DNA of 64,000 nt from Octopus vulgaris (Eukaryota). The translations under genes were made by a program, and so were the position numbers. Within the stretch, counting starts at the first letter, position 1; every line of letters starts with the position of its first letter. Below the pieces are notes generated by a model. That model saw only the letters and a list, made by a program, of their open reading frames with translations, did not search any database and was not told the DNA's origin. Shown piece after piece: positions 10,919 through 23,344 of the stretch. The stretch covers positions 119,722,001 through 119,786,000 of the forward strand of contig OX597816.1 in assembly GCA_951406725.2 (NCBI GenBank). Direction: 5' to 3'.

Positions 10919-12239
10919 AGTACCATCGGAAGACCTGTTAGTAGTAGAGCCCATTGACGCAAAATGTAGATCTACCAACTCAACTTTATCAAAGCCAACA
11001 TTAATCTAATGTTACTATTGACTAATGATCACTGAGGAAATTCAATGCGTTGTTTCTATTTTGATGTATAAATTTTAAGATTTTCATAACATTGTTTCAT
11101 CGTGTTAAAGATTTAGATTATGTCTTTGATATCGTTCCATAGTAGAGATTGTTTTAAAGTGTAAATCTCGAACACATATTCAGACAAACAGAATATAGAT
11201 TCTTTCGGCGAGCACGGAAAAAACTTTAGACTTATTTCGATTTTATTAGATTTTTTTCAGTTAAGTATAGACTTCACCGTACTTTCTGCAATAGGATTTG
11301 TTTTCTGGGGGGTTTTTGTTTGTTTGCTTGTTTTGTTGTTTTTTATATATAGAAACCAGACTAAACACTCTGTTTACTTTTTTGCTTTTTTTCAGCTCAG
11401 ACGGATAAATAAATGAGCTGACGTTTGCTTTGGAATTATTACTACTTTGGTTATTGATGTTGTTGCTGTTGTTGTTTTTGTTGTTGTTGTTGTTTAACCA
11501 TAGGTCAGTCATGATCATCTTTTTCAAACATAGCTTACCTATGACTACATAATCCAATATACATACAATCCTTTTTTAAGACAGTAGAGTGTGATTTGAA
11601 GGAGATTTGGCTGTTATTGAGCCTCGACGATACATAGCCACCGGTTTCAATAATAAAAGTATAAAGCTGAAAGATGTATGTATGTATGTATGTATAGTTG
11701 GATGGATGGATGGATGAATGGATTTATGTGAAGGTCTCATGTAAAAGCGTGGGAAAAAAGAACAGTTATGGTGAATTAATGAGAAACTGATATTCGAAGA
11801 ATAGTCTTTCACTTGGACCTGTTGTTATAGATAGTTAGCCTGAGCTATGTAATAAACTTCCATAAAAGCATTGAAATGCTGGGTATTTTCAAGAAAGAAC
11901 GAAGTAAACTGATTTTCATCCACCAAATCCAATCGATAAGTGATGCAGTCGAGATTTGTAAAACATTTCAAAGGTTCTCCTTTTGAGTTCCCTGGTTTGA
12001 ACCATTGCACTCAATTAGGTGTTTCTATAGTATACACACATATATAAAATGTAATTAAACACATTTGTGCTGTAAAGAAGCATATTCGCAAATTATATGA
12101 CTAAGTATATCGATGCATAAATGTACGCACTAATTCCCAATATAATCCCTGCAACAGTATTATCTCAAAATTGCTGACACTTTATTAGTGACTAATACCT
12201 TAAAAATGCATACATACATACATACTTACATACAGTACA

Positions 12240-12700
12240 ACTCTAGGATTATAGCTGAGACATATCAGTCAAAACTTCTACCAAATGCAAATATAACAGG
12301 CACGACATCGTTATTTGGGACAAAACAACAAAGTCATGTACAGTCATAGAGGTTTGCTGCCCTGCTGAAATGAACATCCTTTTTCCAAGATCAGCAGGAA
12401 AGAGAATATCTGTGAAGGAACGTTTTGAAACCTACGGCTCCTTTCTTCGGTTAGAAATTCACTTTTATACTAATTACGATTAGTGCACTCGGCTATGTTA
12501 GTAAATATTTAAGCCATAATCTGGAGAGTTTTCAAGCAAAGAAAGAAACCGACTAACATGAACTTTACAGATATACTCTGTAAAGGGAACAGTAGAAGTA
12601 TGCAAGACTTTCTTAAAGTTCAATTTGTAACAATTGTTATTTTCATTCAAATTCCAGTAATGGAGCCTTTGTTTCTTTCTTAGAAACCAGTTCTTTCTTC
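12240..12700 (+). pseudogene. Decayed R4/Dong-like LINE restriction-like endonuclease fragment
   Basis: KCKYNRHDIVIW....SCTVIEVCCPAE resembles 17820..18230; preceded by (ATAC)n. Confidence 0.7.
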
Positions 12701-13732
12701 TAAAAAGAATGCTAATAAGTTCCTTAGAATATTAGATGATGGAGAGTTCGCTTGCTTACACAGCAATACCACTCACAATTTTCTGTTCTCTACTAGACAG
12801 GAAATTCTCGATCAGTTTGCAAGTTGTCCCCTTCAATTCTATAGCTGTTTAGTTCCTTGGAGTACTAGACATTAGAGAATTCAAGTTTTTAGATAACAAT
12901 GTCACTAGCTCTAACTCTCTATTACCCGTTAGACAGAAAATTCTCGACTCACTTGCAGGCTCTCCCTGAAATTCCATAGCTATCTAATTTACGACAAAAT
13001 TTTGCAGTAAACGATTTTATTTAATGATTTGGAGTTAAGACCAGAAACATGTCGTCTAGTTGCTTTCTTCAGTACTCTGTCATGAAAATACTTATGAAGG
13101 GTATTACAAGAGGGAAATGAAAAGAGACTGATAAATAAACAGATATACTGAGAAGTAGATTAAGACTAATAGACTAAGAGGCAAACGGATATAAAAATTA
13201 GGAAGACAATATTCGGAAAGTAAAGAGGTTTTTATTATTTTTAAAAAAAGGGCAAATACTGAGAAGTAGTTTTTTCTCTTTTATTTTAGTAATATCGTTT
13301 CACTTCTGATTGGGTAGAGAAATGAGTAAAGACATTCCAGTCGTGGCCATCCGGCTTTTTTCAAAAACAGTGCACTGTAAACTACATTACTCAATATATA
13401 CTCCTTTATTTTTAAATGGTAGGGTATGATTTGAAAGGATTTGGTTGCTAATTTTAGCACGCCGAACAACCATCCATAGGCCCTCGACACAGCTCGTTTG
13501 TATGCTGTTGTTACCGGTGGTGGTGGTGATGGTGGTGGTGATGGGGGTGAGGTGGGGTGTTGATGGTGTTAATGGTAATAGTAATGGTAGTGGTGGTAAT
13601 GGCCGTAGTGGTGATTGTGGTAATGGTAGTAGTGGTGCTGGTTGTCATATTAGTTGTCGTCGTGATTGTGGTCGTGATGGTGGTGGTGGTGGTGGTTTTG
13701 GTAGTAGTAGTGGTCGTCGTCGTGGTCGTGGT

Positions 13733-14058
13733 GGCGGCGGCGGTAGCGGCGGCGGCGGCGGTAGCGGCGGCGGTAGCGGCGGCGGTAGCGGCGGCGGCGG
13801 CAGCGGCGGCGGCGGCAGCGGCGGCGGCGGCAGCGGCGGCGGCGGCAGCGGCGGCGGCGGCAGCGGCGGCGGCGGCATCGGCGGCGGCGGTAGCGGCGGC
13901 GGCGGTAGCGGCGGCGGCGGTAGCGGCGGCGGCGGTAGCGGCGGCGGTAGCGGTAGCGGCGGCGGCGGTAGCGGCGGCGGCGGTAGCGGCGGCGGCGGTA
14001 GCGGCGGCGGCGGTAGCGGCGGCGGCGGTAGCGGCGGCGGCGGTAGCGGCGGCGGCGG
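13733..14058. repeat. GC-rich (GGC)n/(GGTAGC) compound repeat with ~15-bp period
   Basis: Directly visible; translates as (GGGGS)n, poly-A or (PPPPL)n. Confidence 0.97.
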
Positions 14059-14329
14059 TGGTGGTGTTAATGTAGTAGCAAAGAAAAAATTCAATGAATG
14101 AAAAGAAAAATTTAAAAATATAAATAAATACTTAAGCAAAGCGAGAGAAAAAGTCTCATAAAACAAATGATATTCAAAGAATGAATTGAAGACTAGTATT
14201 AACAAATCCGGAGTTAAGATGTGAAACCTGCCGCTCAGTGATTCCCAATTGGGGATGTTTAAACACCTGCATATAGTAACTTTAAGGAAGCCGGCATTTG
14301 TTATTGAGGTGGGACTTTTGAAAAAGGTC

Positions 14330-14903
14330 ACGGCAGAGTTTGTGTAGCAAACAGAGCGAGGGTGTTGGTGGGAGGTGAATGAGAAAAGTGAGTACGTGAA
14401 AGTGAGGAATGAAAAGTGAGAGAAAGCGATAAAGAAAGGGGAGATAAGTGAATTGGGGGTTTGAGGTTGTTGGTTAAGTAGAGAATACACAGAAAATAGT
14501 TGGAGAGGTGGGTAGTTGTGTGCTGGAGGAAGGAGAAAAAGAAGTAGATAGACATTGGAGGAAGAACAGGGGGAACGAGGTGAGGTGAAATGAGTAAATG
14601 GTGGTATGGTGTGAGGGTGTGAAAAAGAGAAAAGGATTGAGAAAAGTGAATGGGGAGAAAAAGGGGAAGTGAGGGAGGAAGTGGGAATGAAAGTGAGAAA
14701 GGAAGAGAGAGTGAGAGAGAGAGAAGGGGAGAGGGAGAAAATAGAAAGTAAGAGAGAGAGAAAGCTAGAAAAGAAGAAAGGGAGAAATAAAGCGTAAGAG
14801 AGAGTGAGAGAATGAGAATTGGCAGACAAAAATAAAAAAAAAACTGGAATAGAGAGAAGTGAAAAACTAGTTCAGAAATAAAAGAGTAATAGATACAAGC
14901 GAA

Positions 14904-14990
<87 letters not shown>

Positions 14991-15340
14991 GACTAACAGA
15001 GAGACATACAGAGAGAGACAGACAGACAGACAGAGACAAATATACAGTGAGAGAGACAGACAAAATAGACAGAGACAAACACAGCGAGAGAGACAGACAA
15101 AACAGACAGAGACATACAGAGAGAGAGACAGATAGACAGACAGAAAGACATAGAGAGAAAGATAGGGACAGTGTTGGGAGTGACAGAAGTGAAATAGGGA
15201 GATGAGAAATTAAAGAGTAAATTAAAACCTAATATAAAAAGGGAAGAGAAAGAATAGGAGAATAAGGTGGGGAAAACAAGGGGAACGGTAGAGGAGAAAA
15301 AGAAAACTGTAAAAATCATAATAGAAAGGAAGATAAATTG
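14330..15340. repeat. Purine-rich (GA)n/(GACA)n low-complexity tract
   Basis: Directly visible. Confidence 0.9.
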
Positions 15341-15720
15341 TTAAAAGATGATAAGTATCTATCTATCGATCGATCGATCTAGTTATGTATCTATCAGTTT
15401 GTGTATATACTTAGCTATCGTCCTACATGTCTTCTGCTTATTTAGCTAGCTAGGTGTTAATTTATTTAGATGTCTTCCTATCCATCCATCTAACGATTTA
15501 TTTAGCCAGCTCTTAATTTATCTACCTATCTATATGTGTTTAACTCCTATGTACCTAAAAGACAGACGATAAGCAACTTCTTTAAAGCGAAGGATAAAAT
15601 CTGTTGAGATTTTTAATCCAGCTTTCTACGCTCTGCGTTCAAATCCCGTCGAAGCAACTTTCATTTTCATTATTTTGAATTCGATTAAGGAAAGTACCAG
15701 CCGAATGCTTCAGAAGCGTT

Positions 15721-15776
<56 letters not shown>

Positions 15777-16114
15777 CTCCCTCGCAGGCTGTCATATCCC
15801 AGTTATATCGCTGAATCCTGGTTAGAAGATTCGAGAAGGTGTTTGTTCGCGCCAACATGGAGCGTTAGAAGAGCTAACGAAAACTAATTTTTACTACCTT
15901 CTCATCCCTGATTTTTACTGACAGCCGTAGTATTTTGTGTATCAATGTATCTATTCACGCACACACATGTATATAATGGGAAATAGGGCTGTATATCCCG
16001 GGTGTGCAAGGCCAGCGTTACACACCCACCAAAGATGGCAGAATTTTCAAATACCACTGCATTTTTGAAGTTGTATTTTGATATAATCTGGTCGTAATTT
16101 GTTCTTAAACCTTC

Positions 16115-16325
16115 AAGGCGGCGTGCTGGCAGAATCGTTAGCACACCAGACGAAATGCTTAGCGACATTTCTTCCATTCTGAGTCCAAATTCCACCGAGG
16201 CAGACTATACCTTTCATTCTTTAAGGGTTCGGTAAAATAAGTACCAGTTGAGCACCGGGGAACGATCTAATCGACTTATCCCCCTTTCCCGAAATTGCTG
16301 CCTAGTGCCAAAATTTGAAGCCAAT
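16115..16325 (+). mobile_element. tRNA-derived SINE (second family)
   Basis: AGGCGGCGTGCTGGCAGAATCGTTAGCAC..GTGCCAAAATTTGAA. Confidence 0.9.
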
Positions 16326-16821
16326 GCGTTCTCATACACATTCAGAAACAATGATTAAATCAGTGTGGAATCGTATCACATGTATAGAAATAACTTAAAC
16401 TTTCTATGTATATAAATTTTTGCCAGAGTATTAGGATCAGAACCATTTTACATACAATGACAAACAACACACACGCATTAACATTTGCGCGCGCACACAC
16501 ACTCACACATATACAATGCATGTAATTCAAAATAATTGTGAATGTTGTGTAACGGAAAGGACAAAATACAGTTTTGAATAAACCCATTTCATCAGACAAC
16601 GTTCAATCCAGAATCATTGATTTCGGCGCTTGGTTGAAAGTTCATCTGAAACGCACCAGAGTTAACACAAGATAAGGCGAAGACAAGTCTTCAACTACAA
16701 ATGCGCGGGAGGCTGAAACAAGTCCTACGACTGAAGACCAGTAAGACGAAGACAGAAGACTGCTACACAAGACAAGAACAAATTTGAAGTATAAACATGA
16801 GTATCTTTCAACTTTAGATAG

Positions 16822-16877
<56 letters not shown>

Positions 16878-17193
16878 TTTGGGTCACTATTTGGGTGTAC
16901 AAGTGAAAGAAGACTTGAAGTAACGACAGACGCCAGAATATCAAAAATATAGGCAATTCATAATGGGAAGAGGTTGGAATCAATTGTTCCATACAAAACA
17001 GTACCGTATGGCTTTACTAATTCATTTATCTTGCATAGAAGTATTATATAGAATATACTCTGACTTTTTAAATGCATAAAAACATCTGTTTATTAACCCG
17101 GCGGGGATGGAGCATGATGAAATGAGTGAAAGAGAAAAAGAAGGAAAGCAAAACTACCACTGCCAGCATTTAGATGGAGATTTTCAACAAGAC

Positions 17194-17227
<34 letters not shown>

Positions 17228-17423
17228 ATTTTCTCTTTCTTTTTTTCTCTGTCTCTCTCTTAACCGGAAAAGGAAATCATATGCTACCAGCAGTGTATTT
17301 GCAAGTAAGACCTGTTTCGGAATTTTTATTGTCACGAAAGTTTGCCAAAACGAAGAAGACTGAAAACTAAGTAAAATCCGAAGTATATCTGAAGTTCTGT
17401 AATTTGTATGTGTTTATGTATGT

Positions 17424-18326
17424 CATTATTCAGTTTTATTTCAAGATTCCTTACCACTAGAGAAAGAGCCGGTTTCTAACCTATCAAGGTTCCTTCACTG
17501 GAATTTCAACATCAACAACGGTATTTTTGTTTGTATGTATGCATATGTGCAGATTTGTATGTTTTGTTTTATGTATGTATTCTCATGCATAAAGTTGCAT
17601 ATCCAGACATCTTCTAGAAAGTTTTACAGATTTTTCAGTTCCGGTAATGGATTGGATCTGTAGTCTTCTAATTAGCTTTCTCTTTTCTAGTTTTAAGAAG
17701 CCTAATTTCTCGAGATTGGTATTTAGGCAGTGTGTTACATACCCCAGGGCCCCAATAATTACAGGTATAAACCTGAATTTGTAATCTGGATAGAGAAACT
17801 GCAGTTCAGCATAGATATTCTATTTTTCACTGATCTTCAGCTTTATGCTAATATCCGCTGGGCAACTAATTTCCACAACTGTGCACAGTTTCTCTTCTCT
17901 ATCCCAAATCATTATATCAGGTCCCTTATGCTTACATTTCATTGAGGTCTTCATTGGGGCATTCCACCAGTATTCCTTTTTATTATGAGTGGCTATGGTT
18001 TCTACAATACTGTGGATTCTTATTTCTTCGTCCTCGAGGTTATCCTTTCGAAGAATTTCATTATAGAGTGTCCTATCTGCAACATCACATCTCATCAGTA
18101 GATAATACCGTGATGTCATTTTCGGACAACTGCTTATGATGTGGGGGATATCTTCGGTATTAACTCCACAAAGCCTGCATCGGTTGCCACATTTTACTGC
18201 TTTCCCTGCATCTCTAACCCTTTTGTGCATCAGGTACTTGGTTGATATTTCCTGTTCCTGGATTGCAAATGCATACCCTTCAAAGTGGGAGGTAATAATC
18301 CGGCTATTAGCCCATGATAAACTGCT
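17424..18326 (-). pseudogene. 5'-truncated R4/Dong-like non-LTR retrotransposon (CCHC knuckle + PD-(D/E)xK endonuclease + 3' UTR)
   Basis: ORF 17820..18230 CRLCG...EDIPHIISSC, WWN.P..T..KCKHKGPDIMIWD...CTVVEISCP; both ends abut TATG repeats. Confidence 0.92.
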
Positions 18327-18344
18327 ATGATGGTCAATGTTACT

Positions 18345-18465
18345 ATGTATGTATGTATGTATGTATGTATGTATGTATGTATGTATGTATGTATGTATGT
18401 ATGTATGTATGTATGTACGTATGCATGTATGTATGTACGTATGTATGTATGTAGTTATGTATGTA
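18345..18465. repeat. (TATG)n microsatellite
   Basis: Directly visible. Confidence 0.97.
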
Positions 18466-18642
18466 TCTTTTATATTTTACTAATTTCAGTCATTGAGTTG
18501 TGGCCATGCTGGGGCACAGCTATGAAGGATTTTTGTGGAACAAATCAATTCCAGTACTTATAGTTTTTAAAGGTACTTATTCTATCGGTCTCTTTATATA
18601 CACGTACATATACATAAACTCATATATATACATATATGTGTG

Positions 18643-18682
<40 letters not shown>

Positions 18683-18683
<1 letters not shown>

Positions 18684-18800
18684 CATGGTTCCAGCTTCAG
18701 TCCCACTGTTTGGCACCTTGGCAAGTGTCCTCTACTATAGACTCGGGCCGACGAAAGCATTGTGAGTGGATTTGGTAGACGGAAACTGAAAAAGCCTCTC

Positions 18801-18801
<1 letters not shown>
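18683..18801 (+). mobile_element. CORE-type SINE head fragment
   Basis: TTCAGTCCCACTG..GGCACCTTGGCAAGTGTC..GTGAGTGGATTTGGTAGACGGAAACTGAAA. Confidence 0.88.
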
Positions 18802-18888
<87 letters not shown>

Positions 18889-18943
18889 GTTGTAGTAGTA
18901 GAAGGTGAAGAAGAAGAAGAAGAAGAAGAAGAAGAAGAAGAAG

Positions 18944-18975
<32 letters not shown>

Positions 18976-19599
18976 CGACAACAGCAACATCAACAACAAC
19001 AATAACAGTAACAACAACAACACGGCAAGAACAGCATAAGTGTGAAGGACGAACAACGAGTTTTAAAAATACAAAAACATGCTGAAATTGCAAGGTATTA
19101 GATTGTTTCGAGATTGTGTGAAATGAAGAATAGAGGAGATGGCGGTAGTGTGAAATTCCTAGGAAGCAAAATAGTGCGTGTATTTTTTTAGAGTCAGAAC
19201 AGATGAAGAAATATCTGCCTAGTGTACTTTGGTGGAAGATAGGATCTTTATTTGACAAATGACCATCGCAAACTGCCCTAAGCACACACACACACACACA
19301 TTTATATGGATTAGGAATTATGAAGCTGTGTTAGAATGGATTAGTGTATGTATAGTATGATGTGGAATGAGTAAAGGAAATTTTACTCTTCTCAAATCAT
19401 TCCAAGAAAATTTAGCTTCTTTCTGATTTTCATTTTCCCCTCTGTCCCTTTCTTTCTCTCCCTTTCTTTCGCTTCTCATCTCTCTCTTTCCCTCTTTCTC
19501 TCCGTCTCGTCTCTTCCTTTTACTCTGCCTGTCTCTTTCTTTCTCTTCTTCTCTCTCCTCTCCTTTTGTCATACCTTTCTTACTGCATTCTCTTCTCTC

Positions 19600-19685
19600 T
19601 TTTGTATGATATGTCTATGCAGAGCAAATGTAGACAGACAAGGGTCCCAGACGGACAGACAGAACTTCGCTTTTATTATTATAGA
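19600..19685 (-). mobile_element. Helitron-like 5' terminus fragment
   Basis: Minus strand starts A|TCTATAATAATAAAAGCGAAGTTCTGTCTGTCCGTC; no 3' CTAG end found. Confidence 0.5.
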
Positions 19686-19873
19686 TTAAGAGCGGCAGAA
19701 GCAGTATCAATACCATAAGGTAATATTTATCTCCCACTTAAAAGTAAATGTTCTGTTAGAAAACAGAATACCGCGTTATTATTTAGCTTGTGAGAGCCTC
19801 ACATATGGACTTGTAGTGTATATAAGTACTCGTGTTTATATCGCTAGCGGGAGATAATCGTCCACAATCGAAC

Positions 19874-19920
<47 letters not shown>

Positions 19921-20395
19921 TGTATGTGTGTGTGTGCGCGTGTGTGTGTGTGTATATATATATATAAGTAATTTTTTGCTAGTTTTATTTTGTCTTTTTG
20001 TCTTCTCTCCATGTGCTGTATGAACATTTAATGTGATTTTAGAGTCAGATTTTGGCTGCTATTTTCAGCATGGTGGTATCTCGTAGATACCCTAAATTAT
20101 AATTTTAATAATAATTATTACCTTTCAAGGTTTTTATTTCCATACTGGCCACTTGATAAGATCGTTATTTAATTTAAATGAACGATCTTATCCTTATTTA
20201 TATAAATAATAAATTTATTTTATTATTGCATTTACTGCAGTGATGTTTTAACCATATCGCACGAGGAGTTACGAAGCGGGCAATTTAAACTGGTCGTGTT
20301 GCATACGTGCATATATATGTATGTATACGTTCGTATATGTAAGTATTCGTATGTTATATGTATATATATGTGTATTTATGTTGCTCTCTGCGTAT

Positions 20396-20454
20396 ATTCC
20401 ACTGATGAGGCAAAGTATTTCTAAATGCAAAGCCAGAAATCCGGGATCTGGAAT
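20396..20454 (+). ncRNA. Near-intact type I hammerhead ribozyme
   Basis: ATTCCA CTGATGA GGC..GCC a GAAAT CCGGG ATC TGGAAT; perfect 6-bp stem I, AUC cleavage triplet. Confidence 0.8.
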
Positions 20455-20614
20455 TATCCAGTAATTTTTTAGTTTTATTTTGTCTTCTTGTCTTCTCTCC
20501 TTGTGCTCCATGAACATTTAATGTAGTTTTAGAGTCAGATTTTGGTTGCTATTTTCAGCATGACGGTATCTCGTAGTTACTCTAAGTTATAATTTTAATA
20601 ATAATAATAATAAT

Positions 20615-20733
<119 letters not shown>

Positions 20734-20890
20734 TATATATGGACGAAGAAATATATATATATATGAATATGTATATATATATATAAATATTCATACATTT
20801 ATATATATATATATACACTCCTATACACATACATTTATGTATTTACACACTCACACATACACGCACGCACATACACATACACACACACAC

Positions 20891-20953
<63 letters not shown>

Positions 20954-21764
20954 GGCGAATAGGCAGAGTCGTTAGATCATCAATTAGTTTATTTTGCAGT
21001 AATTGTTCTAGTTCTCTACGCTGTAAGTTTAAAACCCTATTGAGATCAATTTTGCCTTTCATCACTTTATAAATAAAATACCTATCCTATACTCACTAAC
21101 TCTTTTTTGCTGTCGGTATGTCTATTCTCGGAAATGAAAAACGGTTGTGATCAATCTTGAAGAGGGGTGCACAAAACGCCGAATGTCACGACGGATTCCC
21201 TACAATTTCATTGCAAGTTGAGAGCCCACTGTACTTAGTGTTGGTCTTCGTAGCCGTGGTATATGATACAGATGTAGTGCAATCTTCGTGGAACAAGTAT
21301 TGAAAACTATTCATTGTCTAGACTCCTTTGGATTGCTTTGGATTGGATAAACGTAGCTATCATAGATTGCAGTTGTATGTAAAATGTGTTTCACAGTGTG
21401 GCCATTTTGGGAATGCTATTTCGCTAAGTAGTTGTAAATTCCCATGTGCTAATAGTGACCACCTGCGTCGCCCGAAAACATTAAAACAAACCTTTGTACA
21501 CGATAAGCTAACAATGTTTTATTGAATAGCTAGTATTTGTATAAGACAGAAATGAGACGCAAAAGATCAGCTATCGCTAATTAGAGGGAACGTGGTAGTA
21601 GTAAAATTCTAAATTTTGAAACAAGAAGTTATACCAGAATATTCGCACGTAAAAATGCTGTATTGGAGATTGACGTGCAGAGTATGATAGAAATGAAATT
21701 GCGAGTTGTAAACCTGGTTTGATGGGCAGCAACACTGGAATAAATTGCATATCGAATAGTGATA

Positions 21765-22921
21765 ATTGTTCGTGTTCACACAGTAATTGTCAGTGCAAGC
21801 TGAAAATATGTAAAGAAGACCTAAACACGTGGCAAGTTAACACTGTTGCAGTGTATAGTAAGTGTAGGCGTAAGATAGAACTGAATCTGCGGACTATAAC
21901 CTCCGCTGGTGTTCGTTAACCTCGCAATTGATTGATAAACAGATCGTTTCCTTTGGAAAAATTTCTAGTTTATTTTGTGAACATGCATTTAGATGACACG
22001 AATAGGGAAAATGTTAAATAGACGAATTATCATGAAGATTAACCGAAATCTGCTGCCAGTGATTTTGTAATATTTAGTGTGATGTTACAGGCTGTGATTT
22101 CTATAAAGATACAATACAGGAACAAGGATTTTCCGACAGAAGCGAATTGATATAGGAAATTCAATTGTCAGATTTTCTGTTGATAAAAACCCATATGTAG
22201 AGCTTAAGAAAATCTCCATGAAAGTATAATGTAAATAAAGTTTATAAAAACATTAGTTTCGCTTTGTGCGTTTACAAGCCGGTAAAGCTATTCGTAGGAA
22301 AGCCTATGAAGAAGCTCTCTTCCGGGGGTAACATAAAACAGACTGTAGCATGTGGCCACTGTTTACCTGAACTCTGGACCACTGAACGGTGAACGGGATG
22401 CGAATTTTTTTTCCCATGAGAGTTCCAGACCCCAGTTATAAGCTCATTTGCATACAGCCAATCAGAGCTCAACTATCAAACTAGAGTCCACCTTGTCACG
22501 AAAATACTCTGGTTGAGTTCAGTGGAAAATGTTCGTTATAGCAAAATCTAACTGTTCTAAACGGGTTAATAGGGGTGACAAATGTGAAATTTAGTGTATA
22601 AAGTGAATGGAGAGCTGCTCACCGATGATACCATAAGTGTTGCCAATTTGCGTAATTTACTAGAAAATGTAAATGAGTGTAGATTTCTCTTTTTTTTTTT
22701 TGACTGATTTTGTTCATTCCTAATTTAAAATGTTGGTGTTGATCTGGAAACATCGTAATCAATATGGAATTGTGTCTAACTGCATGTACCCATTGATATT
22801 GTTCGTGTTCACACAGTAATTGTCAGTGCAAGCTGAAAATATGTAAAGAAGACCTAAACACGTGGCAAGTTAACACTGTTGCAGTGTATAGTAAGTGTAG
22901 GCGTAAGATAGAACTGAATCT
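21765..22921 (+). repeat. Identical 124-bp direct repeats (21765-21888 and 22798-22921)
   Basis: ATTGTTCGTGTTCACACAG...GATAGAACTGAATCT occurs twice, 1033 bp apart. Confidence 0.95.
22436..22462 (-). promoter_or_regulatory. CCAAT + octamer + TATA-like cluster
   Basis: Minus strand reads ATTGG ctgt ATGCAAAT gagc TTATAA. Confidence 0.45.
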
Positions 22922-23059
22922 ATCAAAGAGGGCGCAATATATGCAAAAATGGCTTGAAAGTCATAACATGCCGGCAGGAAAATAACATCACTAGGTGAGA
23001 CAAGCTGACACCGAATTAGCCTAGCTTAGAGAATGCGTGGGCTAAGACTACGCGCCTTC

Positions 23060-23165
23060 ATTGGTCAGTTAAAGTTGAGACAGTGTCACGTGACAACTTG
23101 CTGGGGCTGCCTGCTGGAGCCTAGCAGCAGGTATATAAAGGGAAATTTGACAAGACAGTCAGTCA
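23060..23165 (+). promoter_or_regulatory. Pol II core promoter of an LTR/pLTR-like cassette
   Basis: ATTGG 23060, palindrome TGTCACGTGACA 23084-95, TATATAAA 23132-39, Inr TCAGTC 23159-64 (A+1 is 29 nt from the TATA start). Confidence 0.7.
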
Positions 23166-23292
23166 CCCGCTGACACTCGTTAATGCTACATCGAAAAGGC
23201 CAGAGAACAGAAGAAAGAAGAAGAAAGAAGACATACACTCAACACCAGAGCTGAAGACACCTCCGAAAGTGGGTGGGGGCGCCACGTCAAAA

Positions 23293-23344
23293 CGGTAGAG
23301 GAATAGAGGCCGAAACCGGACGTGGTTCCTCCTGATGATGTCTT
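23293..23344 (+). ncRNA. Hammerhead-like motif with scrambled strand order
   Basis: CGGT A GAGGAA ta GAGGCC GAA ACCG gacgtgg TTCCTC CTGATGA t GTCTT. Confidence 0.6.

Noticed and set aside
13645-14829. 394-aa proline-rich ORF (formin/extensin-like)
   Set aside because: Built from a CT-rich tract and the GGC repeat; no FH2 domain or splice signals.
16547-16740. Solo LTR (TGTAAC..GTTAACA) and HHR-like cores at 16587 (-) and 16731 (+)
   Set aside because: No PBS/PPT or TSD; the stems needed for either HHR topology are incomplete.
21916-22569. piggyBac-like element (TTAACC..GGGTTAA)
   Set aside because: The inverted match does not extend beyond ~6 bp.
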